NCBI GenBank assembly: GCA_036679605.1
Contig: JAZDCZ010000353.1
Span: forward strand, 1-10,714
Length of the DNA: 10,714 nt
Source: Gemmatimonadota bacterium
GTDB lineage: Bacteria; Gemmatimonadota; Gemmatimonadetes; Gemmatimonadales; GWC2-71-9
Reading direction: 5' to 3'
In this document: piece after piece, positions 1 to 7,737 of the stretch
Layout of the letters: every line of letters starts with the position of its first letter
Position numbering within the stretch: position 1 is the stretch's first letter
The notes under the pieces: model-generated
Databases searched by the model: none
The model's input: the letters and a program-made list of their open reading frames with translations, nothing else
Told to the model about the DNA's origin: nothing
Translations under genes and position numbers: made by a program

Positions 1-1093
1 TGCTCAGTTCCAACTGCTCATTGCGGCCGTAGCCGGATGGGTCAACCGCAGCCAGCAAGATGTCATCGAGTACCTTCAAGAGGAAAACCGCGTTCTCCGC
101 GAACAACTCGGAGGCAAGCGTCTGTTGCTGACCGATGCGCAGCGACGTCGCTTGGCTGTCAAGGCGAGGAAAGTCCGACGCAAGGACCTCTTTGGGATCG
201 CGACGGTAGTTACGCCCGATACGTTGCTTCGATGGTATCGCCGGCTGATCGCTCAGAAGTATGATGGGAGCCGGTCGCGCAGGCCGGGACGCCCCAAGAC
301 TGCGGCCGAGATCGAGCAGCTGATCGTGACCATGGCGTGTGAAAATCCTGGCTGGGGTTACACGCGCATCCGAGGAGCGCTCTACAATTTAGGTCACGAG
401 ATTGGGCGCAACACGATCAAGCGAATTCTCTTGGCCAACGGCATCGAGCCGGCACCAGAGCGCAAGAAGACCATGTCGTGGGAGACGTTTCTCAAGGCCC
501 ATTGGGGCGCCATAGCAGCCACCGATTTCTTCAGTGTCGAGGTACTGACCTCTGTGGGTCTGATCCGTCATCTCGTGCTCTTTGTGATCGATCTGAAGAC
601 CCGCCGAGTGGAGATCGCGGGCGTCGTTGCGCAGCCCAACGGGGAATGGATGAAACAGATAGCCCGGAATCTGACCGATGCCTATGCCGGATTTCTGGGC
701 CAAGCGCGCTACCTGATCCATGATCGCGATCCGCTCTTTACCCAGGAGTTCCGCGGGATTCTGCGGTACGGAGGCGTGGATACCGTGAAGCTACCGGCAC
801 GAAGTCCGAATTTGAATGCGTACGCGGAGCGATTTGTTCGCTCGATCAAATCGGAATGCCTGGCGCAGATCATCCCGCTCGGCGAGCGGCACCTTCGGAA
901 CGCCGTAGGTGAGTATATGAAACACTACCATCTCGAACGCAATCACCAGGGACTCGAGAACCGACTGATCAAGAAGCCGAGTGATCTGCCGAGTACCGAG
1001 GGCGCCGTCGAATGCCGAGAGAGGCTCGGTGGCATCCTGAAATACTACTATCGTAGGGCGGCATGACGGTGGGCGGAGTTTTGGCACCAAACG
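1..1093 (+). mobile_element. Insertion sequence (IS481/IS3-superfamily-like, single-ORF integrase-core type); left end outside the window
   Basis: Contains a DDE transposase. Shortly after its stop is GTTTTG-GCACCAA-ACG (1078-1093), the same GTTTTG-N7-ACR layout as the right inverted repeat of the second IS (6841-6856). The partner left IR is not visible. Confidence 0.75.
2..1066 (+). CDS. DDE transposase, integrase core (rve) domain; 5'-partial
   Basis: The frame is open from base 2 ([41 protein letters not shown]...), so the true start is upstream of both the TTG at 125 and the window edge. It has an HTH region ([14 protein letters not shown]), a catalytic triad ATDFF / IHDRD / [14 protein letters not shown], a [10 protein letters not shown] motif and the C-terminus [14 protein letters not shown]. 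Confidence 0.93.
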   Translation, partial: AQFQLLIAAVAGWVNRSQQDVIEYLQEENRVLREQLGGKRLLLTDAQRRRLAVKARKVRRKDLFGIATVVTPDTLLRWYRRLIAQKYDGSRSRRPGRPKTAAEIEQLIVTMACENPGWGYTRIRGALYNLGHEIGRNTIKRILLANGIEPAPERKKTMSWETFLKAHWGAIAATDFFSVEVLTSVGLIRHLVLFVIDLKTRRVEIAGVVAQPNGEWMKQIARNLTDAYAGFLGQARYLIHDRDPLFTQEFRGILRYGGVDTVKLPARSPNLNAYAERFVRSIKSECLAQIIPLGERHLRNAVGEYMKHYHLERNHQGLENRLIKKPSDLPSTEGAVECRERLGGILKYYYRRAA

Positions 1094-1224
1094 GGGTTTA
1101 GCGGGACTTGTCGGTCTCCGGCTACCACGTGCCGCGCGGACGAAGCTCGTATGTCGCGTGAACACGCGGAGATTGCGGCACCGCCGCTGCTTCGAGCGAG
1201 TGGTTCGCTGCAACCACCGACTGA

Positions 1225-1426
1225 GTGGCGGTGGATGAAGTCGAGAGCGAACCCGTCTCTCATAATCTAGGTTACGAGTTCCCTGATAACCGGGAAAATA
1301 CAGGGAAAATTCCCAGCTGGGCTCGGCTCCGATGGCTCTTCATGCAGAGAATCTCTAACGAATATAGCTGCTTAGGGTTTGCCAGGTCGTGGCTCAAAGA
1401 AAAATAACAGGGAATGAACAGGGAAT
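1225..1426. repeat. Non-coding element with repeated ACAGGGAA motifs in direct and inverted orientation
   Basis: TTCCCTG-ATAA-CCGGGAA imperfect palindrome at 1279-1296; ACAGGGAA at 1300-1307; tandem AACAGGGAAT at 1406-1415 and 1417-1426. Preceded by GTGGCGGTGGATGAAGTCGAGAGCGAACCC (1225-1254). Confidence 0.65.
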
Positions 1427-1570
1427 CGCCCCTTTCGGAGCGGAGGTTCGGCCTTTGCCCGGAATGGCTGCAAACGCGCGAGACTACCCTTATATACAGT
1501 TGAGGCATACCATCCGGATCTAGTTTTGAGGAGGTACACATCCAAGCTACCGGCTAAGGAAGAGTCATCT

Positions 1571-3334
1571 GTGGTCAAAAGGCTAGCCAAGCTCGGATTG
1601 CGCGTCGCGCTGTTCTACGCGGCGGGACTGCTGTTGATCTTGTGGGACCCGTTCGGCATCCAGGACGCTACCTCCCGCTACTCAGTCGACGTATTCCACC
1701 AGATCGTGGGATACCGCTACCCACTGGGTCAGCCACCAAGACCCGAGATGCCGACTGACTGGATTTCGGTCGTCTTGGTCGAAGATAGTACCTTCGAGGA
1801 TGTCCTCGAAGAGAGCTGGCCGATCCCGTACGGGCAGCACGCCCGAATTCTGAGAAGTATACTGGCCCGTGAACCCGCCGCCGTGTTCGTCGATTTCCTC
1901 TTCCTCGACCAGAACCGAGACGACCCTTCGCTACTGCAGTTGAAATCTGTCGTCAACGAGTACCAGCGGGCGAACATTCCGCTCGTATTCGCTGACGCCG
2001 AATTTGGCCTGGGCGCCGCCGGCTCGACCATCCAGCCGCTCGCGGAACTGGAGGGCATCCTGCTTGCCCAGGTTGCCTGGCGCGAGTCGACAGAGATCCC
2101 CTCCTACTACCCCGTCAGCGTTCCGCGTGCAGCAAAGACTCGCTCGTGCCGCGGCGTCCACCTTCCGTCTAAGGAGAAGAAGAAGAACTTTCTAACACCT
2201 GCCTTCCGACTTTACGACCAGCTTTGCACCCCCCCCCCGAAGGGATGCGAACCCGAGTGCCACGTATCGAGCTGCGAAGACTCAACTGGGAAATACGATC
2301 CAGACTACATGGCAGGAGACGAATGTAGAACATACTGCATCTTCTGCCGGACGCCACGGTGGAGGAGAACGAAGCATCCCGGTGCCAGCGGACATCCATT
2401 GCAACCTCCGATGCATATTGATTGGGGCAGCCGTCCGCTCGCCGCCGATGGTGAAGGTCCCTACGTGCCCGGTGGGATCTCGGAGTTTCTTCCACTACGC
2501 GCGCTACAGCGTCTATTCTGGGAATCTTCGGCCTTTCAATCGACATGCTACTTCCATGACACGCTGTTGGCCGAGTGTGTGCTGCGCCCTGGGAACTGCG
2601 ACGAAGAGTCCCTCAGCCAGCAGCTGCGCGGCCGAGTCGTATTCTACGGTGCGCGCATTGCAGGTATTCCCGATTTGGTCGATTCGCCCACGCGAGCGCT
2701 GCTTCCCGGCGTGCACGTCCACGCCATGGCGTTCGACAACCTCGCGACTTATGGGTCCCACTACAAAGGGTCGTGGGCTCCCAGATTCCCAGGTTTCGAG
2801 CCGGATGATGCTTACCAAGCTCTCGCACTTCCTTTCTTCGCCTTGGCGTTTCTCGTAGCCGCATGGCTCGCTAACAATCTATTGGAACGCCGAATGAACG
2901 TAGCCGGAGCTGGCCTCGCAAGTGCAGAAAAGCAGGGGCTCTCAGCTACTTGCCATAGCTTATTTTCTTTTCTGGCCTTCATCGCCGCGGCAATTTTTGT
3001 CTGGATCGTCAGCACCCTGCTCTACGTATACTATGGCCTGCCGCCTCTCGACTGGCTCGGCGTGGCTGCTGCAGCGGCCTTGGTCAGACTCGTCATCCCC
3101 ATTCAAGCAAAGAGCCTGCGCGGCGCCATGCTCATGCACACCCGGTTTGTCAACAGGATCTGGTGGCTGACCGGAGTCACCGACCACCTCGTTCCCTATG
3201 AAGACTTCGAAAGGTTCGAGCGGCCTGGCGGTGAACGAAATCCGGGCGATCACGCAGAGCACCTGGCCGACTCGTCCGACACTGCTGAGGAGCAGTACGA
3301 AGAACGGCGGAACGTCGAGGACCACGCTGCATAG
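1571..3334 (+). CDS. CHASE2 domain membrane sensor protein without an output domain (~587 aa)
   Basis: N-terminal TM (VALFYAAGLLLILWDPFG). CHASE2 motifs: ISVVLVED...WPIPYGQHARILRSILAREPAAVFVDFLF and LRGRVVFYGARIAGIPDLVDSPT..LPGVHVHAMAFDNL. Then three hydrophobic segments and a short polar/acidic tail. Start placed at GTG 1571 (AAGGAAGAG upstream); the ORF track uses TTG 1526. Confidence 0.88.
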   Translation: MVKRLAKLGLRVALFYAAGLLLILWDPFGIQDATSRYSVDVFHQIVGYRYPLGQPPRPEMPTDWISVVLVEDSTFEDVLEESWPIPYGQHARILRSILAREPAAVFVDFLFLDQNRDDPSLLQLKSVVNEYQRANIPLVFADAEFGLGAAGSTIQPLAELEGILLAQVAWRESTEIPSYYPVSVPRAAKTRSCRGVHLPSKEKKKNFLTPAFRLYDQLCTPPPKGCEPECHVSSCEDSTGKYDPDYMAGDECRTYCIFCRTPRWRRTKHPGASGHPLQPPMHIDWGSRPLAADGEGPYVPGGISEFLPLRALQRLFWESSAFQSTCYFHDTLLAECVLRPGNCDEESLSQQLRGRVVFYGARIAGIPDLVDSPTRALLPGVHVHAMAFDNLATYGSHYKGSWAPRFPGFEPDDAYQALALPFFALAFLVAAWLANNLLERRMNVAGAGLASAEKQGLSATCHSLFSFLAFIAAAIFVWIVSTLLYVYYGLPPLDWLGVAAAAALVRLVIPIQAKSLRGAMLMHTRFVNRIWWLTGVTDHLVPYEDFERFERPGGERNPGDHAEHLADSSDTAEEQYEERRNVEDHAA

Positions 3335-3342
3335 TAGACAGA

Positions 3343-3350
3343 TAAGGAGG
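3343..3350 (+). promoter_or_regulatory. Strong Shine-Dalgarno site for the small exported protein gene
   Basis: TAAGGAGG, 5 nt upstream of ATG 3356. Confidence 0.85.
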
Positions 3351-3355
3351 GAAAT

Positions 3356-3733
3356 ATGCGTTTCGATCACAGAATTACAGCCGTTGCTGCAGTAGCGTTT
3401 ATCGTGTGCCTCCAGGCACACAACACGAATGCCGAGGACTTGGGTCGATTGACGGAGTTTGTTGGAGTTACCTCCCCCGTTCGCACTTACGCGGATCGGG
3501 ACGGCGAGAAATTCACGGAAAACGTGGAACGTAGCGACTTCAAGTTGCCGAAGCCCATCCTGGAAAGGTCCGACTACTTCGCCCGGGTCAAGCACGGCAC
3601 GAAGTCCGTCTGGATCGACGAGGCACAATTCAAAGTCGAAGGGCGGCATGTAAAGGTCGTCAACGGTAGCGGCCCGGATATGGGCCGTGCCGGCGTCGCG
3701 ACCCATGCCACACGCGGGATGGGCGAGGATTGA
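3356..3733 (+). CDS. Small exported hypothetical protein (125 aa), possible SH3-like beta domain plus flexible C-terminal tail
   Basis: Perfect SD; Sec-type signal peptide (MRFDHRITAVAAVAFIVCLQAHNTNA|ED); beta-rich core (FARVKHGTKSVWIDEAQFKV); Gly-rich tail ending ATHATRGMGED. Sits between two co-oriented genes with gaps of 21 and 4 bp. Confidence 0.8.
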   Translation: MRFDHRITAVAAVAFIVCLQAHNTNAEDLGRLTEFVGVTSPVRTYADRDGEKFTENVERSDFKLPKPILERSDYFARVKHGTKSVWIDEAQFKVEGRHVKVVNGSGPDMGRAGVATHATRGMGED

Positions 3734-3737
3734 TGCG

Positions 3738-5336
3738 ATGAGGAGAGCGGTCGTTACTGCATGCGCGCTGGCGACGACGCTGACACTTAGTGGTCTCGAA
3801 TCGGGCGGCATCCTGGCCGCCCGCGCGGGCTCGGACTCCAGCGGGAAATCCGGCGGCGGCTTCTTCAAGAAGCTCAACCCGTTCAAACGGACCTACCAAT
3901 CCTTTGACGGTCGGTTCATCGATACCATCGAGCCGGGCTCGGTCAGCAAGAGCAAGACCCCCGCGACGGAAGGCTCCGGGCTCATTCTGCATCAGACGCA
4001 CGGGCGCGGTGTCGTCAACGAGCCACATCTACAGCGCTACCTCAGCCACATTGTCGATCGCCTCCTCGTCCACTCCCCCGTGAAGGGCGTGAGCGCCAAG
4101 GTTTTCATAGAAGCCGAAGACTCTATCATCCCGCAGTCGGAGGGCGACGGCACCATCTTCGTCCCGCTGGGACTGATCCGACAGGCGACCGCAGAAGACG
4201 AGATCGCGGCGGCGCTGGCGCACGAACTGTCACATATCATTCTCAGGCACCACGGCGACGCTTGGTTCATCGAGGGCCAAAGACGAGCGCTCGGACTAAG
4301 TGGACTGGGTCTAGATTACACTACCGGGGTCACCGGCTGGCTCGGCGACGAGCGAGCCGGCCGGCTAGCCAACACCACCGACGATATAGAGAAGCACCGC
4401 GCCAACGTTCGCCTCTCGATGTTGGCTGGCGACATGGTCGTTCAGAGCTCGTTCGATCGAAAGAAGGAAGACTATGCGGACCTCCTCGGCGTCGATCTGC
4501 TGATCGCGGCCGACTACAACGTCCGCGCCGTCTATCGGGTACTCGGTTGGCTCGGAGCCTATAACAAAGAGGCTAAGAAAAAGCTGGGTGACTTGGAAAA
4601 GGAAGTCCAGGCGCGGCTTGACGAGTCGATGAGCCGCGATCCAGGCGGCAACCCGCTGACGATCCTACGGCACTCCCTCAGCAAGGTGAGCGGTAAGCTG
4701 TTGGGAACGCTCCGCAAGACCTTCGGTCGAGATTACCGACCGGCCGAGGACCGTATCGACGACCTGAAAGGCTATGTCGCCGCTAGCTACGATCCGCCGC
4801 CCAATCCGAGGCCGAACAAGAAAGCTTGGGAGGCCGCCAGAAACCAGTCCCGCACGCGCGTTGTGCTCGCGCATTACGCCGATGCACGCGATGCATTCGC
4901 GAGCCTTCTCGACGGTGATGCCCGTCGAGCGGAGGCGTTCGGCCTGAAGGGAATCTCGTCACCTACGGGCGCCGCAGCCTATCCGCGCTGGGTAATGTAT
5001 TCGGTGCGAATGCATCAAGGGCGATCTCGAGATGCCGTCGCGAATTTGAGAGCTGCAATGAGAGGCCCACACCCTCCGCTCAACATCGTACTCATGCTAA
5101 GTACGCGTACCGCGCGCGACGGAAAGTTGAAGGAGGCGCTGCAGCTTCTCAAAGACGCCGATCGACGCTACAAGGACCCTCCGCAGACACTTCCGCCTGA
5201 GATCGCACTATATCGAAAACTGGGCCGCGCCGCCGACGCAAACGACGCGTACGCGAAGTGTCGGGTGATCGCCAACGACAATCTGACGCGCGATTGCCAG
5301 GCAGCGCAGGAAGTGCCGCTGAAGAGGCGTGGTTGA
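3738..5336 (+). CDS. M48 family (BepA/HtpX-like) zinc metallopeptidase, exported, with helical TPR-like C-terminal region (~532 aa)
   Basis: GDGTIFVPLGLI...EDEIAAALAHELSH (HExxH at 4221-4235), third-ligand motif FDRKKEDYADLLG, hydrophobic N-terminus after MRR, and Ala-rich helical repeats at the C-terminus. Start placed at ATG 3738 (GAGGA upstream); the track's GTG 3687 overlaps the previous gene. Confidence 0.88.
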   Translation: MRRAVVTACALATTLTLSGLESGGILAARAGSDSSGKSGGGFFKKLNPFKRTYQSFDGRFIDTIEPGSVSKSKTPATEGSGLILHQTHGRGVVNEPHLQRYLSHIVDRLLVHSPVKGVSAKVFIEAEDSIIPQSEGDGTIFVPLGLIRQATAEDEIAAALAHELSHIILRHHGDAWFIEGQRRALGLSGLGLDYTTGVTGWLGDERAGRLANTTDDIEKHRANVRLSMLAGDMVVQSSFDRKKEDYADLLGVDLLIAADYNVRAVYRVLGWLGAYNKEAKKKLGDLEKEVQARLDESMSRDPGGNPLTILRHSLSKVSGKLLGTLRKTFGRDYRPAEDRIDDLKGYVAASYDPPPNPRPNKKAWEAARNQSRTRVVLAHYADARDAFASLLDGDARRAEAFGLKGISSPTGAAAYPRWVMYSVRMHQGRSRDAVANLRAAMRGPHPPLNIVLMLSTRTARDGKLKEALQLLKDADRRYKDPPQTLPPEIALYRKLGRAADANDAYAKCRVIANDNLTRDCQAAQEVPLKRRG

Positions 5337-5727
5337 GGCTTTGTCACGAATGTTGACCGAGGGTCAGGTTCAGCTACTGCCATCGCGGCACCTACGCGGC
5401 GAGCCCTGCAGCTTCACGCCGGATCGTGAAGGCGTGGTCTCGGTGGTTTCGATGATCAGCAGAGCAAATTCCAAGCGAAGATGGGCAAAAGGTGTCCGAG
5501 TACTCGTCATAGCTGAATATCTGGGTTCAGTACGAGCCAAGTCGGGAAGCTTCTGCCCCGTTCTTGCCAGGACCGGGCCGGCGACGATTATAAGGATCTA
5601 TGTCTGCGCAAGATCGCCGTCAGCAAGTCTACGACGCTGGTTCTGTCCTGGCTACTTTCGCCGTCCGTCGCTGCTAGCAGGAGTCAGACCTAGATTGCGC
5701 GGGCGCAGCGACCGGGGACAGGGGGGT

Positions 5728-6856
5728 TGTGCCTCCTCAAAACTAGATCTGAGTAGCCTGCCTTGACCACGGGTGTAGTCTGGTGAAAGCTCCCGCGCCG
5801 TGGTCGAACTGCTTCTGCAAAGCCTTCGCCGGACGCTTCGGTCCCGCGCTGCGCTGCTGGCCGAGAATCTCACACTGCGCCATCAGGTCGCTGTCCTCAA
5901 GCAACGCCTCGGACGTAGTCGGCTCAAGCTGACAGCTACCGATCGACTCCTATGGATCGCACTGTCAAAGACGTGGTCAGGTTGGCGTGACGCACTAGCG
6001 ATCGTTCAGCCAGCCACTGTTGTCGGCTGGCACCGAAAGCTGTTCACGAGCTATTGGCGCTACAGGAGCAGACCGCGCAACGGCCGACCGCAAATCGATG
6101 CCGAAATCCGAGAACTCATAGCTCGTATGGCTATTGAGAACCCGCTCTGGGGTGCACCCAGGATTCATGGTGAGCTGCTAATGCTTGGCTTCCGGGTCTC
6201 TGAGCCCACGGTCTCTCGTTATCTTCAACCCTACCGTCGGCGGCCTTCGTCACAGACGTGGCGCAGCTTTGTCCAAAATCATCTCCACCAATCGATCGCC
6301 GTCGATTTCATGGTCGTGCCAACCATTCGATTCTCTCTGCTGTACGTCTTCGTCGTTCTCGATCACGGCCGTCGGCGCATCCTACGCGTCGCCGTGACGG
6401 CCCATCCGACCGCTCAATGGACAGCGCAGCAGCTCACCGAGGCGCTGCCCTGGGAGTCACACGCACGGTTCATCCATCGAGACCAGGACGGAATCTTTGG
6501 TCACGAGTTTCAAAGACGTGTTGACGCCCTCGAGCTTCAGGAGGTCGTTAGTGCTCGAGGCTCGCCGTGGCAGAACGGTTACTGCGAGCGCGTCATTGGA
6601 ACCATCCGGCGCGAATGCACCGACCACGTCATCGCAATCAACGAGGATCAGCTCCAGCGGGTGATCGACGCATACGTGCGCTATTATAATGATACGCGCA
6701 CCCACCTCTCCCTTACCAAGCGGACACCAGCCGGTCATCGAACGCCGACAGAGCGTCGCGGGCGCGTAGTTGCCAAGCCCCAAGTTGGTGGCCTGCACCA
6801 TCGCTACGACAGACTCGCAGCTTAATTCTCAGCGGATGAGGTTTTGAGGAAGGACA
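5728..6856 (+). mobile_element. Complete insertion sequence, 1129 bp, IS481/IS3-superfamily-like with TGT...ACA ends
   Basis: Left IR TGTGCCTCCTCAAAAC (5728-5743) and right IR GTTTTGAGGAAGGACA (6841-6856) match at 14/16 as inverted repeats and enclose a single transposase ORF. The 6-bp flanks GGGGGT and AGGAGT match at only 4/6. Confidence 0.85.
5800..6825 (+). CDS. DDE transposase, integrase core (rve) domain (341 aa)
   Basis: ENLTLRHQVAVL, IVQPATVVGWHR, ENPLWGAPRIHGEL HTH; triad AVDFM / HRDQD / PWQNGYCERVIGTIRRE; YYNDTRTHLSL; C-terminus VGGLHHRYDRLAA. Confidence 0.95.
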   Translation: MVELLLQSLRRTLRSRAALLAENLTLRHQVAVLKQRLGRSRLKLTATDRLLWIALSKTWSGWRDALAIVQPATVVGWHRKLFTSYWRYRSRPRNGRPQIDAEIRELIARMAIENPLWGAPRIHGELLMLGFRVSEPTVSRYLQPYRRRPSSQTWRSFVQNHLHQSIAVDFMVVPTIRFSLLYVFVVLDHGRRRILRVAVTAHPTAQWTAQQLTEALPWESHARFIHRDQDGIFGHEFQRRVDALELQEVVSARGSPWQNGYCERVIGTIRRECTDHVIAINEDQLQRVIDAYVRYYNDTRTHLSLTKRTPAGHRTPTERRGRVVAKPQVGGLHHRYDRLAA

Positions 6857-6949
6857 AGGAGTGGGCGCCCTGTCGATGATTAGCGTACCGGCACTTACCA
6901 TCTTGCTCTGGTGGGTCTGAGTTCAACAATTGGAACGAATAGAGAGCGT

Positions 6950-7471
6950 TCACTTCAGAGACTCGAAGATTGAGTCACTGACCGCCGCACGCCGTTCAAT
7001 ACTTCCGTCGAACGTCTCTGCAATTTCGGGGTAAGTGTTCAGAAACCACCTGCGTTGCATAGCGAAGTATTCGCCCTCAAGTCGCCGCAGCGCCGTCGAT
7101 GCATCCTCTTGGAGCGCGACCATTTCTCTCACTATGACGCCAACAAACGCAGCGTGAATCAGGAAAACGCGTCGGTGTAGCCCTATCGTACCATCCCCTA
7201 TCTTCCGCAACGCAGCACCGCCAACAACCCCACCGGGGACCGCAGCTTCGAGCCACGCCTTGGCAAGCGATACGGCTCGCAGTAGCCCTTTGTCGCCCTC
7301 CTCGACGGCGCGCTGGAACATTGTATCGAGCCCAGCCGCAGCCGCATCGAACTCTGAGGCGATCTCCTGCGGATGGTCCGCAAACCATTCCAGTGTGACA
7401 CGCTGTCGTTCGTATGGATCCTGAATGCGACCGAGCTTCCGGTTGAACCGTAGCCGTGTGATGAACCCCAT
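6950..7471 (-). CDS. Hypothetical protein (173 aa, predicted mainly alpha-helical)
   Basis: AGGAGG SD upstream of the ATG, protein-like composition, no overlap with confident genes; no family recognised. Confidence 0.7.
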   Translation of the reverse strand: MGFITRLRFNRKLGRIQDPYERQRVTLEWFADHPQEIASEFDAAAAGLDTMFQRAVEEGDKGLLRAVSLAKAWLEAAVPGGVVGGAALRKIGDGTIGLHRRVFLIHAAFVGVIVREMVALQEDASTALRRLEGEYFAMQRRWFLNTYPEIAETFDGSIERRAAVSDSIFESLK

Positions 7472-7737
7472 TCGAACCTCCTGCTCGTGCAGGCCCTACG
7501 TCGGTCCGCACTTACCATCGCCAGAATCCAACACCATTAGGGCCACTGCGCACGAATACCGCCCGCACGGTCGCAGGTCACCTTCGCCGTCGCTGGTCGT
7601 GCCGATTTAGACTAACCTGCCTCCCTTGCAATTGGACGTGATGACTGCCCCTTGCCGTTCGGCCTCGCGATTACTCTACGGCCTTTGGAGTTTGACCGGA
7701 ATTAGTTTATCGCGCAGTGCCACCTATGAAGTTCTCA

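Noticed and set aside
1196..1260. Intact tRNA gene on the minus strand
   Set aside because: Only a loose resemblance to a 3' end; the T-loop consensus is broken and I could not build a cloverleaf.
1483..1500. LexA/SOS box upstream of the CHASE2 operon
   Set aside because: Only the right half-site (TATATACAGT) matches; the left reads CTAC rather than CTGT. It is more likely just an AT-rich -10 region.
3738..3800. Lipoprotein signal on the M48 peptidase
   Set aside because: The lipobox-like position reads LSGL with no Cys; treated as an ordinary signal or anchor.
2960..3886. 308-aa minus-strand ORF
   Set aside because: Antisense to three well-supported genes, with no recognisable motifs; a shadow ORF typical of GC-rich DNA.
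5412..5431. Intrinsic terminator after the peptidase (CTTCACG/CGTGAAG hairpin)
   Set aside because: 7-bp stem but no U-tract, and about 75 bp from the stop; not enough support.
5600..5677. 25-codon ORF (MSAQDRRQQVYDAGSVLATFAVRRC) with AAGGA upstream
   Set aside because: Too short and featureless to support without homology or expression data.
5329..5766. 145-aa ORF as a fourth operon gene
   Set aside because: Arg/Ser-rich, non-protein-like sequence with no motif, and it runs into the left IR of the IS.
1..6856. Classical composite transposon
   Set aside because: The two flanking IS are different elements with different IR cores, and the outer left end and target duplication cannot be seen.
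7610..7663. Integron attC site (GACTAAC...GTTCGGC) between small hypothetical genes
   Set aside because: Only 54 bp; the interior is a direct repeat (CTGCC..CCTTGC twice) rather than a hairpin; no similar sites after neighbouring genes and no integron integrase.
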